Assembly: GCA_035084275.1 (NCBI GenBank) | Contig: CM068751.1 | Location: 8,122,001-8,186,000, forward strand | Source of the DNA: Hydrolagus colliei | Lineage: Eukaryota | Reading direction: 5' to 3' | DNA: 64,000 nt | In this document: positions 50,839-64,000 of the stretch, one piece after another | Numbering within the stretch: the first letter of the stretch is position 1 | How the letters are laid out: each line of letters begins with the position of its first letter | Program-made: the position numbers and the translations under genes | Notes under the pieces: model-generated | What the model was told of the DNA's origin: nothing | The model's input: the letters and a program-made list of their open reading frames with translations, nothing else | Database searches by the model: none

Positions 50839-51150
50839 AGCTCAGTGGTTTAGAGCACTCACCTTGTAAGTGCGAGACCTGGGTTTGATTCCCTGCAGTG
50901 TGAAACCTTGGGCAAGTTTCCTTACTCCACAGGTCTAATAATAATCCCTCAAGAAAAAAATACAATAAACTGGTCGCTTCAATCCATGTCAGTTAGTGGG
51001 ACACTGCTGTGTGCAATTGGCTGCCACGTTTCGCTCCCCAAACATACAGTCAATCCACTTTCCAGTATATTCTGTGAAGTGTCTTGAGATGCCTGGAAGA
51101 TGTGACAAGACGCTATATCACATGCAAGGATTATGATGCTTATTATTATT
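50839..51150 (+). mobile_element. Near full-length SINE
   Basis: Consensus match. Confidence 0.9.
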
Positions 51151-51811
51151 GCATCGGAAAGGAGGGAGGGGGCGAGGCAGGGAGGGGGGAGCGGGGAGGG
51201 GGGAGTATCTCCCTTCACTCTGTGTGAATTTGCGCATTCATTTAGATTGGGGTTTGCAGATTCACAAAAAAGGAATTGAATCCCGAAATAGTCGCATGTC
51301 TCAGAGACCGAAAGGAAAAACGGTTGCGCTCTCGAAATTAAGTAGCCAGCAGTCCTGCGCAATCTCCATGCGGTAATCTCCAGTTATTCCTTCAGCTGGG
51401 TCACTCTGTTTTCTGTTCATTAGCAGTAATACTACCTAGGCAGAAAATCAGTAGTCCATAAACTAAAAGCTTCTTTGGACACCAAATTACCTTCGCTAAT
51501 AGTGTAAAATCAATTAACGCCTCTTGGGACATCATTATTGTCACATTATGGCACCTGATCTCTAGAAGGAGCAATAAGTGATTTGTGAAAATTCAAATGA
51601 TATGCCTTAGAAAAGAAAAATAAACAATGAAGGTGGCAGAGGTTTGTCCTCACGAATCGCGAGAAATTCACAGTGCTTTAAAATACCCCTGAGCATCCTG
51701 ATTAATTTCAGTTTGCCAGATGTTGTGATGTGCTCACTTACATTGCGTCTGATCATACCAGTCTGCTTTATGCCAGCTTCCTATCAAAACATTACCTGCA
51801 TACGTTACCCC

Positions 51812-51842
<31 letters not shown>

Positions 51843-54800
51843 TCGACACATCAGGGTGCTTTTAATTACTACAATGCTGTCTGACATGATCTGATGTCAT
51901 TGTACAAGGATACATTCTTTGTTAGGAATGATCTTAGCTTCAGACTCCTTAGTGTATTTGCAACCATGGCAACAGACCAGTAAGCTAAAGCCAATGAAAT
52001 AACAAGAAAGTCTCATTGCAATTGTATTTCATAAGGACACAAGTCCCCACGGGATGAAGAAGCCCACTGTTAGGCCAGCTATTAAAATCTTCCACAAACA
52101 GCACTTAGCACAATCATGGGCCCTTTGCATAGTCATGTTGTAAACGCTGTCATGAACCACACAGGACAAACGGCTAAAGAGGAATGCAGGATTTTTTTTT
52201 GAAAAAAAACGATAATTAGTATATTGGATTCTTGTGCAATCCTACATCTAGCTGAGCACGAGCAAGGACCGATTGCAGATGGATTGAGGGGAACTCAGGG
52301 ACTCGTAACTCTCTCATTTAAATGTAGTAGCTAAATAACTGTCTTGTATTCGATAGGTGTTATTCATGCCTCTCCTCCCGTGCAATAGACAGGCAGGTAG
52401 GCAGTGTAGAATTATTGAAAATCAAGAGCGTTGCTGTCGTGAACAGAAAAACAAAACAAATACTGTATTGGATTCACTCATTAGGCATAAAAATGCTAAT
52501 TAAGTCATTATAATGGGTAAAAATCAAGCCACAAATTCATAAATGCATACATATCAATGCAAAGTAATCCATACTGAGGAGATAAACATGACCCGTCTGT
52601 GTTCAGCTGCAAACTAAATTCTGCATTAAATTGGAAGCCACACAATGGAAATGCGAACCCTGAAACCTAGCAAAAAGAAGAACAAAACAGGTTGTGTGCC
52701 CTCTGATCTTAACACTCACCAGCTGGTGGGGCTGCAGTGCTATATTATACAAGGATTACACACGGAGTCTTTATTGTTTCCATCAGCAGATTTTTTTGAA
52801 AGAACTTTCAAGGGACAGCAAAAGCTGGCGAGTCAGAGGACTCAGTTGATGGTAAACAAATACACCTTGCGCAGAAAATGTATTGTGTTTTTATGAATGC
52901 AAAAGTATTTCAAACATACACTAAGGGATTCAGGCCTTTCATTGAGCTTGGTGTGATTAAAACAATGTACCCAACCCATGAATGACATGGATTGTTAGGT
53001 AACCTGCCCCTCACCTGTGCCCTCACTGCAGATAAATGTTGATTTGCTGGATTTGATATTGTGATTAAACATAATCAGTTAAAACAAAACCCAAATTACA
53101 TTCCATCTCCCCTTTCAGTGTGGAGTGGTTAAATGTATCAATTTCCTTCTTAAATCTAACGGATTTTATAATGAAAAGAAATCCAGCTCCTCCACAATTT
53201 ACATTGTGCTTTCTAACCTGAAGGTACATTTAATATTATTCAACCACTAACTGCAATCGAGGGTTACAACAAGATGACACAAGCAAGAGTTGCAGAATTG
53301 ACTGATGCCCCATTTATACTGCTGGAAGCAATGTGATATCATTTCCAATTTGAGATCGATGCAAGCGGACAGACAAAATTAATACTGTTCCGCTAGCACC
53401 AAACAATATGAGATTGTCTCAGAGGTTCCCATGTAGCCTCGGATGTGTGTAACAAAGGTAAGTCCGGTCTGTGAATCTACACATGCACAGAAAGTTTGTA
53501 ACACTATTTAAAATGCACCCCGTGACTGCGTTTTGGAATGTAGGATTTACAACTGTACTTTTACTTTCCATATGTATCAACTATTTTTAGCCATGAGTGA
53601 TTTGGTCTGTGGTGATGGTGATTGGTGATTGAGTTTGTCTGCATTTTCTTTGTAGCAGTACAAACTACTGTACTTTCCACCCCCCCCCCCCCCCCCCCAC
53701 TCCACCCCCCCATCTCTCTGAAGTTACCTTCAGAAGTGGTGGTGGAGTTTAGAGGAGAGCCTATGCATTCTGTAAAACAAAATCACCCCAGAAGGTTTGT
53801 GATCGTCAAGGTATTTTCTCCTGCAGACTTCATTGCAGAAAATACAATCAGTACTGGCTGCTGTTGTTCATTGCCCTGCGAGGACATTGTACCAATGTTT
53901 GTGGGTGGATAAATGGCAAATTAGCATGTTTCACTAAAACTAGAGCATTTCACCCTAAAAGGATATCTTCCGTTAAATTGAATCAGGACATTGCAATTGT
54001 TTGACTCAATATTCTCCAACCAAGTTTGCCACAAGTGGATCCCAAATCAACTGAGTATTCCTTTATAAGTATACTTTCCAAATCAAGCATTATTAAAAGG
54101 ATCTTTATGTAATATTCAATTTAAGCTCATGATTAAATCGTGCTTCTCAAAATATTGACTGCACAGATTTCTATAACCTCTTCACTGGGATTGCTTGCAC
54201 TTTTCTAACCCCTTAACCATTTTAATTAATTGACTTTTCTTTTTACATTTTCCACTTGTCAAGTCTCCTTGTGCTGGAAGCAGATTTACGCTGTTGATTC
54301 AAGGACCTTGGTTCAATAATGTGTTAATCCAGGGATCAACACTTTAAACCTAAGAGATTATCTATCAGAACCACTTCCAGGTTCATTGCTTACATATTTT
54401 ACAGACTCATTCCGACAATGAGATTTCATTAACTGCAAATGCCCAATGCCACAATTTTAAAAGAAAGTCTTGCTTAATGAAAATGCAACTTAATCCATCT
54501 GAATACCATTGTATTATGAATGCAACCAAATTAAAGCAACATCTTGGTTACAGTTTAGTTTGTCATCAGAATACTATCACGTCTAAAATATTATATTGCC
54601 TGGTTTCAATATTCACAGTGATAGTTTTCAGCATGAGTCAAATACCCAACTGACCCCCGCAAAAATGATCTACGATTAGGAATATTTCCTCATATTTGTT
54701 TTCCACTGTTGATAAGATCAAATGCCAGTAAACTTCATGTGAGCAGATGACATTACACTGTAAGGCAGTGCTGCACAATATTCACAAAGAAACTGAAAGG

Positions 54801-55384
54801 CGCCAACAAAGGAGGCTAGTGCTGGATGAAGCATTGACAAAAGGGACTAAGAAAGAAGTTAGTGTGGACACTCACTGGCCGAATGCATCTCATGCCTACA
54901 TTGCCAGAGTTTCTGGGTGTTCATTTCCTTTCATTCGAAGTAAAGATTCTCATTGAAGCTGTTTTTATTGTGTCCAGGAAATGCTAAACTAAATTTGTGC
55001 CAGGAACTATGTGTGCCAGGATAACACGGAAATATTTGAACCTTAAGGGTTTTTTCAAACCAACATCAACTGCAAGTCATTCTTTGTACAAAAGTCATTC
55101 ATTAGTGACTGATGAACTGTAGTCTTCCACAAGTGAAAATTGCCACAACTATTTTTCATTTTTAAAAGAAACTTTCTGTTTCTAAAGGTTATAATGTAGG
55201 TAATGTAAAATGAATGATTGTTTTCTTTATCTGTACCGATTTAATGCTGAAGTGAACTTCAAGGCTATATTTTTAGTTTAAGAAAACAAAACAAAATGAA
55301 GCACTAAATAAATGTTTTTAATAAAAGAAAGGGCAAATAAATAAAATGACACAAACCAAACCTTATGTAAGATATGCATCACGC

Positions 55385-55695
55385 TCCTCCTCCAATGGTT
55401 CAGTGTTTAAATGCCCTGTGTGAGATCAGAACAAATCCATAAAATACAATAAGGCCTCAAATTCAATCCCAGTCTGTGCAGAGGTAGCTTTATCTCCTCC
55501 AGGACAGCAGTAGAGCAATGTAGTTGCCTGCAATTCCTCACACTTGAGAGTGGATAGATGAGCCAGGATTGCTTCTGATCTCCGGGTCGCTAATCCGCAT
55601 GAAGGGCACTATGTAAATGCAAGTTGTTGTTGATCTCTATCCAGTGGCTTCTTCTGGAGACCACACCAAGTGTGAAGTTCAGCAAAACAGGATCA
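55385..55695 (+). mobile_element. Ancient SINE-like repeat of a different family, interrupted by an L2 tail (about 55595-55632)
   Basis: A-box-like TGGTTCAGTG and B-box-like AATTCAATCCC followed by GTCTGTGCAGAGGTAGC...; a related core (CTGTGTTGAATTACCTGATCTCAG) occurs at about 57966-58030. Confidence 0.45.
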
Positions 55696-55786
55696 AACTT
55701 TTCTCTGATTACTCCTCAACATGTTGGTGTAGAAATAGACCTATTAAACCCATCAAATCTACATCAATGTTTTTTTCTTTACTTGA

Positions 55787-56193
55787 ACAACAACAACAAT
55801 AACAACAAAATGACACTTGTATAGCGCCTTTCAACATGAGGAGGACGTCCCAAGGCATTGGACAATCATTGTTTCAGACCCGAGCTGGGGTCGGGGACGG
55901 GGAGGGTGGAGGGAAAGTGGGGGATTTGGGGTGACCGATGGGACCGTCGAAGGGGAGGGTCTTGAGGTGGAGGGACTTCAAGGAGGCCAAGGAGGGAGAT
56001 AGGCGGTGGGTCAGGTGATGTGGAACAGGCTGGAGTCTGCTGAGCGGAGTGGGCGGGCAGGTTGGTAGGGGAAGTCGCAGATGTAGAGTGGGGTGAGGCC
56101 ATGGAGGACTTTGAATGTGAGGGCCAGGATCTTGAATTAGATCCTCTGGGTGACGGGGAGCCAATGGAGTCGGGCCAGGATGGGGGTCGTGGA
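55787..56193 (-). mobile_element. L2-clade LINE 3' end with a degenerate RT C-terminus
   Basis: Minus frame TTPILARLHWLPVTQRI*FKILALTFKVLHGLTPLY matches the L2 ORF2 motif HITPxLxxLHWLPxxxRIxFK; then 3' UTR, stem-loop and (TTG)n tail. Confidence 0.9.
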
Positions 56194-57234
56194 GCTTGAA
56201 ATATTCCAGGTTCTTTTGATTGTTACCTGTGACCTTCATTTCACCCTATTCAAGTACCCAACCAATTCTCTTTTAACAGTGGTTAATTTGCCAGCTGACC
56301 TTGACAATCCAGGCTAAAACACCCACACATTAACCATTTGGATAATATATTGGAGCACAATGTATTCCTGCCAAGGAGCTACACCTTAATTCAGGGGTGG
56401 ATGGAAGATCATCAGAAAGCAAAAATGGGTAAAAATCCCCCTGACGTGAAAGGCGCTATACAAATGTAAGTGGTTGTGATTTGTTAATGTATCATCAGTT
56501 AGATCATCAGCATAGAGTAAGTTAACAAATGCAGAATAAATGAAGGTTATTCAAATATTTTTCACACACCGTATGTTGAAAGTAATCTATCAAATATGTA
56601 ATCTGAATGGGTAATTCTAAATCTTTTACCAAAATAGTTCTACAAATACTTTAACTATCAGATACCTTGAATTTGGGAAGTCAATGATTATCTCAGTTGC
56701 CCACCAAGAGTTAGTGTTGTTTATTACCTCAATCTCTTCTGACATCAAGTAAGAACTGAAAATCAAATGATGCACTATAAAAATTACCTAGTTTGTGAGC
56801 ATAGGAGGTATTAACACAAGTACTCTACCTCATAATGGACTATGGACTAATTTCCCTTATGGCAAGAGTTAGCTGCTTCTTTGCCAGTAAATCTACTGAT
56901 TGACAGCCAAAACACTAATGCAATATGTTTCGCTTTTGCTACATGTATAATTGTAAATCAGTATATGGTAAATTTAGCCATCCAATCAAATCCAAATTCA
57001 AACCACGTAAGTCAATCAGTTTAACAATCCGGAACTGAGCAACAAGACCTCTGGAAGCAAGTCGTGTGCCATTTCCATTGGCAAGGGTTCTGACAACTGG
57101 CAGGTAAAGCAAATCATGAAAACTAAGCTTCAGAGTAAGAAAGGTAGCCCTTCCCTGCTGGTGGATTCCTGGGCATAAAAAGACATATTTTTATCCAAAC
57201 GTACATTGTAATGAAAATGAGAGTGTGACAGGGC

Positions 57235-57358
57235 AGCACATTTTACATGCGTAATTGGCTGCCGTGTTTTCGCCCACAAATTGCAGTCAATTCACTTCAC
57301 GGTACATCCTGTGAGGAGCGTTGATAAGGCGTTATATCGAATGCATGAGTTATTATTA
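57235..57358 (+). mobile_element. Older SINE 3' fragment
   Basis: TAATTGGCTGCCGTGTTTTCGCCCACAAA...GATAAGGCGTTATATC. Confidence 0.75.
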
Positions 57359-57423
57359 CAACATGGAAAAATACTCACCTGGAGATCATAATTGAAATAC
57401 GCATTGGTAATACAATACTATTA

Positions 57424-57726
57424 TCCTGTAGCTCAGTGGTTAGAGCACTCGCCTTACAAGCATGAGACTTGTGTTCGAATCCAGACAGGTCAGGGCGAAA
57501 CCTTGGGCAAGTTTCCTTACTTCACACGCCTAATAATAATCCCTCAAAAAAAAAAAAAATTGGTCATTTCAGTCCATGACTGTTTGTGGGACACTGCTGT
57601 GCACCACTGCCATGTTTCACCCACAAATATACAGGCAATTCACTTTACAGTATATTCTGTGAAACGCTTTAAGACGTCTAAAAGATGTGAAAAGTGCTAT
57701 ATCAAATGCAAGGATTATTATTATTA
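57424..57726 (+). mobile_element. Near full-length young SINE
   Basis: Consensus match. Confidence 0.92.
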
Positions 57727-58503
57727 TCAAATCATCATTGGAAAACTGTTTAAGCTTTGAAGGTTTCAAAAAAATTAAAATCACAAAAATATTCACAGGA
57801 TTTGTCCTGATATGACAATGCGCTGCTTTGAACTCACCCCACCCCTTAATTCTCATTCCTAGTGCGGCACAGTAGACATACGTGATTGCATATCTCATAA
57901 TTGCTCAAGTAAAAGTACCACATTGAACCTATACGATCCATAATATACCAGCTTCAAACCATAAACTGTGTTGAATTACCTGATCTCAGATGGAATGTGG
58001 GTGGCACAGTAAGCCTCAGCTTTCCTGAACAGCATATTAAATGGAGGCAGCATATGTGATATTTTAGCTCTGTTTTCCTGAAGCTCCATGCACAGATCTG
58101 TAACACCACATAAAATGTATCATGTTCAAACGTCTTGTGATGTAATTTCCTCTATTTTATTAAGTGCAACTTCTAGGGAATGGGATACCATGGTGGAATA
58201 CAATTCATAAACTACCTCTCTTTTTCTTCTTTCTCACTTGGTGGCCAATAAACAGTGAGAGGTACGGTACCTGGTTCTTAGAAATCTCGAGAAAAATGTG
58301 TCATCAAAATTCATGCTACAGTAGGCAATGGACCAAAGACTCAAGAGATTTGAACCACCTATGCAAAATGTCCTGCACAGTGAACATAACAAAAGGTCTA
58401 ACGTCACAAAATAGTGGAACAACAGAAGATGGCTGGATGCTATTAATGAAGTGGTGGAGAGTTTTTGCAACAACAACAACAACAACAACAACGTTTCATT
58501 TCA

Positions 58504-58635
58504 GGGAAAATACTGAGATGTTGGAAATTTGAACTAAAAACAGAAGTCACTGGGAACATTCAGTAGATCAGGCAGCATCTATGGAGAGAGGAAAGTGAGT
58601 TAATGTTTCAGGTTGATGACCTTTCATCAGAACTG
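58504..58635 (-). mobile_element. Penelope-like-element-derived short repeat with hammerhead motif (copy 2)
   Basis: Minus strand AGUU-CUGAUGA-AAGGU-CAUCA-ACCU-GAAAC-AUU-AACU at 58598-58634; homologous to 19849-20005. Confidence 0.7.
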
Positions 58636-59579
58636 AGTTTTTTATTATTATTATTATCATTATTACTATCATTATTATTACTCCTATTAAGTGGAAGTTG
58701 AAAAACTAACTTGAATATTTCATGAAAATTGAACGTATTCTTTGACTGGGCAATGAAATAGAAGCGTTGAAAGAATCTTTTGGCAGTTTGGGTGGGTGAA
58801 GTAAGGAGGTTTACCTCTGTCTGAATTTATTACTGTGCATGAGTTTACCCGAACTGGCTAAAAAAAAAATCAAATAATCAGTTTATCCCTATTCAGACAA
58901 TCAGCATGGACACGTAACATTACAGTAAATGCATTTCATATCCTGTTGTGCATAAAAATGCCAACAGAGCATCATTAACAAAATGAATGTTGAAACATAT
59001 TGTGAGTTTATTAGGCAAGTAAATGACATGTGCATTGTCAGAAAATCTATATCTGAATGATCAGCCATTCATTCAGCATGAAGATCGCAAGTGTGCAAGG
59101 TGCTGAATTTACATTTAAATGGAAAGTGGGATGATTTCGATTCTGGCATTATGTATCCAAATATTTGATTAATCGTTTGAGAAATTAATAGATTAATTAT
59201 CAAAGCAATCGGTTGGCAAAGTTTCATTGAAAAGTATTGAAGACATAACTAACTGTGATGTACAATGGAGTATATTAACAATAATGCAAGCCCAATAACT
59301 CTCTCAATTAGGTTTTCTTTTCATATATCAGCCATGGGGATCTATTTTCTATCGGCAGCTAAAATCCATATAAGGAGGAAGGACTCGGAACACTTTTATG
59401 CAAGCTTCGAATGGATCTTTGCAAGAAGCGAAATGAAATAGAACATTAACACAATTCATTTTTAACACCACCACTGAAACCTCCTAGCAATACAGGAGCA
59501 ATACAGTAAGCCATTCATACCTGTTCCAACATTCAATAATAATTTTAAAATCCTTGCATTTGATGTAATGCTTCATATA

Positions 59580-59687
59580 CCCCACATATAGACAGTCAAT
59601 TCACTTTATAGTATATTCAGTGAAGCGCTTTGAGACCTCTAGAAGATGTGAAAAGTGTATATCAAATGCAAGGATTAGTATTATTAC
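59580..59687 (+). mobile_element. SINE 3' fragment
   Basis: Consensus tail match; an inverted tail fragment lies at about 59534-59575. Confidence 0.8.
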
Positions 59688-59689
59688 TG

Positions 59690-60372
59690 TATATCATTGA
59701 ACTGTCTCAATGTGGTTCACAACACTTTACTGTAAAATACAGGATATTGAATGGATATTTGTAGGCAAAACTGGCAGCCAATTTGTACACAGCAATGTTT
59801 CACAAACAGTCAGGAAGTGAATGACCATCAGGACACTGGGAAAAAATTCCCTTCTCTTTTTGAACAGTACCATGGGATATTTAACGTCTACCTGAACAGG
59901 CAGATAGAGTTTTGGTTTAGCACCTCATCTGAATGTCAGCACCTCCTCTTAGCAGAACTCCACCAGCACCAAGACAAGAATAATAATAATAATAATAATC
60001 CTTGAATTTGATAACGCGCTTTTCACGTCTTCCAGACATCTCAAAACGCTTTACAGAATAAACTGTAAAGTGAATTGCCTGTATATTTGTGGGCGAAACA
60101 TGGCAGCCAATTGCTCACAGCAGTGTCCCACAAACAGTTGTGGATTAAAATGACCAATTTTATTATTGTGGTTTTTTGGAGGGATTATTATTAGGTGTGT
60201 GGACTAAGGAAACTTGCCCAAGGTTTCTCACTGACCTGCCTGGATTCGAACACAGGTCTCATGCTTGTAAATTAAGTGCTCTAACTACTGAGTTACAGGG
60301 CTCCACAAAGTCCTGATGTGAGACTTGAACTCACAATTTTCTATCTCAGAGATAAGAGTGCAACCAACTGCA
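59690..60372 (-). mobile_element. Old full-length DeuSINE (SacSINE1-like) split by a young SINE
   Basis: Deu-domain-like TGAACAGTACCATGGGATATTTAACGTCTACCTGAACAGGCAGA (59861-59905) and head GACTTGAACTCACAATTTTCTATCTCAGAG (60322-60351). Confidence 0.65.
59978..60306 (-). mobile_element. Full-length young SINE
   Basis: Consensus match. Confidence 0.92.
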
Positions 60373-61344
60373 CCAGGTTGATAGTTTGTCACCAGGATGT
60401 CAGTCATGGATAAAGAAACAACATTGTCGGCAATGACCAATTCAACCGTTCTTCACGCTGCTAAAAGTTACATAGAAATGGGCAGAAAATAGTTTTTAAA
60501 AAAAGGAACACGATTTCAAAAAAGTGCCAACATAGTACAACATGATTATACAAATTGAACAAAAAAAGGGTATCCTTTATTAAAGTTACATCTCATCTTA
60601 AAAAATACATGTTTTTCACTAGTTTAACTTTGCCACCATCACAAATACAGTAACTACTGATTAGGTTCAGAGTTTAGTCCAGGGAAAGAGTCGGGTGGAA
60701 ATGAAAAGGCTGAAAATAGTTAACTGTGGGAAAAAAATAAAATAAATAAAAAGTGAATGTAAGAAATCACGAGCATTAAAAAGGTTATTTAAAATCCATC
60801 TGATTTCCATAATGCTGGTACTTATTATTTGGATTAAGCGAAACTCAGCAATTCAGGGCACACAGGATACTTTCATGGAACAGGAAATCGCTATCTGGCA
60901 ATAGATGTTTAAGGAGTTTTCAAGCCAAATACAACATAACCTTTGAAAAGCAACAGCTCAAACCAGCATTAAAAGACAATCACGGAAAAATTAAACTGTT
61001 AATTTTACGTCACCATTGTGCACGGAGGTCTGGTATCTAGTTGGGCAGTTTGTCTGTCATAACATCCAATGTTCTTCTTGGAATTCATTCAATGAGTGTC
61101 CCAAAAACTTCCATTGAAGAAAAAAAAAGGTTAACCTTGTATATATGCTTACTTTAAAAAATATTAACATGGCTCAATTTTCAAGCCAGTTCATATGTAT
61201 ACACACTTGCATCGAAATAGACAAACCCACATACAAATACCACATATTTGCACAACTTTGCTTAATGGACATTAAATTCACGCAAAATAAAATGATTCAT
61301 GTTGTTTTCCTCTCTTCCGAACTCAGTGACTCATGCTGGTATAG

Positions 61345-61659
61345 GTGGAGCTCCTGTAGCGCAGTGGTTAGAACACTCACCTTACAAGCGTGAGACCTGT
61401 GTTCGAATTCAGGCAGGTCAGGGCGAAACCTTGGGCAAGTTTCCTTACTCCACATGCCTAATAATAATCCCTCCAAAAGAAAGCAATAATAAAATTGGTC
61501 ATTTCAACAACTGTTTGTGGGGACACCGCTGTGCGCAAATGGCTGCCGTGTTTCTCCCACAAATATAGTCAATTCACTTTATAGTATATTCTGTGAAGCA
61601 CTTTAAGGCATCCGGAAGACGCTATATCAAAGGCAAGGATTATTATTATATTATTATTA
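61345..61659 (+). mobile_element. Full-length SINE
   Basis: Consensus match. Confidence 0.92.
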
Positions 61660-63059
61660 TGATATGGTTCCACAGGCACTGGCATCCATCCGCTAGCTCA
61701 CTGTGTTTCATATTTGAGCCAAGACAGCGAATATCACCAGACTATTTACTATTTACATTTTTTATATTTTAAAGCAAGAACATGCAAATGCAGGCTTGGC
61801 ATTGAATTGGCCTGAACATTGCTCCAAATCGCAACCAAATTTATAAATATCTGATTCAATGACAATAGGTGGTTTTGAACTGCTGCACATGCCAGCAAAC
61901 AGAGCAAGCTTTTCTTAAAGTTTAATAGCAGAGCTTAAAAAGTTCCCAACTTATCATGTGGTACTTTCATTGTTTGGTCAAAATCAAGAGACAATTGGAC
62001 AATCGGCTGCACAGAAATGTTGAGAATGTAGCAGAATTCAAACACTAAGTTATGGATGTACTTTGTCCAAGTGCAGAGCAGTGTGGAGCTAGCACTATAA
62101 CTGTGCCCTCTAAACTCCTGTCAAATCCATACCTGCTGTATGACAGAGCATCAGATGCATCTGCATTGCAATGTAGAACCTATTTATTGTGTGTATGGTT
62201 CGAAGGTGCTAATATTATTCAATATTAAATGGGTTTAGTTTGAAAGAGACTATATAATTTTATTTAAAATGTCATTGAATATAGTTTAGTTTAATGCCAT
62301 GCATTAAATATGAATTATATTTTAATAAATTTAAATATCAAAATTATAGTTACTTACTCTCGATATATTAGCATAAATTGCTTTGAACGATTATTCATAC
62401 CATACAGTATTGCTTTTACAAAGTCACTTTTGTCATAAGTGGTATTGACTCATTTGAATTCCAGATAATCTTATTTTTCCTTTATGGAAACATAAAGTGC
62501 AGACAGCATTAAATGTGGGGGAAAAAAAGTTAGACTCACATCATATTCATATTGCTGCTGGTAACTGGAAGCAAATTTATTATGAAGAGCCAAAGTTGGA
62601 GTGTGGGAAAATTAATTTACTAGTTATCATGTTATAGGGTGTGGTTCAAATGGATAAGATGCCCTGGGGATTGCTCCTATAATTCATTGCTGTAAAACTT
62701 TTGATCAGGGTCGTGACTGGAGTACAACTCCTCCAGTTTTAACATGAGTTGGCTGAGCGCCTTGCTGTTTTGCACAATTGAAGTTAGACGGAAGCATTCG
62801 AAGACCCAGCTTCCAACGGTAACTGGATCCAGGATTTAGCGCCTTGAGGTGTCCTCCTGACATGAGAGGGGCTCGACAAATATGCTGTGTCGCCGTTGAT
62901 GTTGTTTGATGCTGCAGCCCATCAGTTTCTTCTTTAGAACATGTCTTACTTCCAGGAAGTTAGGTCGCTGCTAACACTGCTTTCTATCATCGCTCAACAT
63001 TTACACGATGTAACAGAGACATTACGAATGCCACTTTCTGCTCACCACTGATATCACTT

Positions 63060-63411
63060 TAATAATAATAATCCTTCTGTTTGATATGGAGCCTTATCAC
63101 GTTCTCTTATCATGTGAAAAGCGCTATATCAAATGCAAGGATTATTATTATTATTATTAGACATCTCAAAGCACTTCACAGAATATAACTGTAAAGTGAA
63201 TTGACTGCATATTTGTGAGTGAAATACGGCAGCCAATTGCGCACAGCAGTGTCCCACAAACAGTCGTGGATCAATTTGTTACTGTTCTTTTCTTGAGGGA
63301 TTATTATCCCTAGAGTAAGGAAACTTGCCTAAGGTTTCGCCCCACTGAGAATCAAATCCAGGTCTCTTGCCTGAAAGGCAAGTGCTCTAACAATTGAGCT
63401 ACAGGTCTCCA
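63060..63411 (-). mobile_element. SINE with an oppositely oriented tail fragment (63112-63158) inserted near its 3' end
   Basis: AATAATAATCCTTCTGTTTGATATGG...GCGCTATATCAAATGCAAGGATTATTATT, after which the host resumes at AGACATCTCAAAGC. Confidence 0.85.
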
Positions 63412-64000
63412 TACTTAGTTTCCGAAGTGATATCCGTGGTGATCTATCAATTCTGAATTAGGACATTTTTTGCATTTCGCTTATACCACAACCTCAGGAA
63501 TAGGATCCAGTCAACCATGTGGTTGACTTGTATATTATTCAGTTTAACGAAACTTCTTTTTTTAGTTTATATTCTTATCTATAAAACTTGCTAAACCTGT
63601 GAACAGTCCAGATATCCGTATAAATGAATGAGAACATGAAGTTCACTTCTGCCAGCTGTGTTTGAATCTTTACAACACCAATTTGCCATTCTGCACATTT
63701 GTTAAAGTAGTTCAAAGTTTCATTGTATGTTTTTGAAGCATTGAGATTTCATAGGCTTCTTTAAGGAAGGCTTTCATGTGCTGAAGTGCGCAGACTATTA
63801 GCAACCATTTTATGGTCACTATATAGCGTAGTTAATCAACCTGCAATACAGCTTCAATTCAGGCATGTACAAAGATCACAAAATCCATGCTCTCGCTTCT
63901 AAAATGACACTGGTGAAGCTGCAATGTAATACATTTCAACTCAACCTCCAATTTGTAACAGTGGAATATGTGACTGTTTTGCGGTCTGATATTAAATTAA

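Noticed and set aside
55109-55146. CTGATGA...GAAA hammerhead-like spacing (also 50047-50075)
   Set aside because: No valid stem I/III or NUH cleavage triplet.
57424-57495. tRNA-Val/Ala-like genes at SINE heads (also 23540-23607, 37720-37790, 61345-61420)
   Set aside because: Each continues directly into the SINE body and tail and has an imperfect acceptor stem; these are SINE heads, not tRNA genes.
57392-57760. Recurrent ORFs with PVAQWLEHSPYK / YSVKRFETSRR / YIKCKDYYY peptides
   Set aside because: Translations of the non-coding SINE consensus; the similarity between ORFs reflects repeat copies.
63509-63528. Palindrome AGTCAACCA-TG-TGGTTGACT
   Set aside because: Isolated 9-bp arms, plausible by chance, with no supporting context.
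12200-64000. Neighbouring gene such as NYAP2, or an additional DOCK first exon
   Set aside because: I found no recognisable coding exon by eye; short or divergent exons could have been missed.

Overview
AT-rich vertebrate genomic DNA. The repeat content (tRNA-headed DeuSINE-type SINEs, L2 and CR1 3' ends, shark-type Penelope-derived fragments) points to a cartilaginous fish, probably a chimaera or elephant shark; this is inferred, not proven. The only coding sequence I recognise is the first coding exon of a DOCK-D (Zizimin) family GEF on the minus strand (11877-11981, MGESSRRFTKGLFKPGTAAEIRHNASVAVSPSLIV|gtgagt), most like DOCK10 isoform 1. Positions 1-11876 are therefore its intron 1, and about 12.1-64 kb is upstream or intergenic sequence. 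That sequence holds about 35 SINE copies or fragments, about 20 very short L2 tails, CR1 tails, two Tigger/pogo MITEs (one interrupted by a hAT MITE) and two Penelope-type hammerhead ribozyme remnants. Nearly all ORFs in the supplied track are spurious or SINE-derived. Main observations: (1) two SINE copies just inside intron 1 show almost one-way AT->GC substitution, a candidate fossil recombination/gBGC hotspot at the promoter; (2) a Tigger MITE carries an inverted duplication of its transposase 5' end around a promoter-like core; (3) two minimal hammerhead ribozymes; (4) two well-formed upstream minus-strand exon candidates, one bracketed by inverted SINEs. Repeat boundaries were read by eye and are approximate unless TSDs are quoted.
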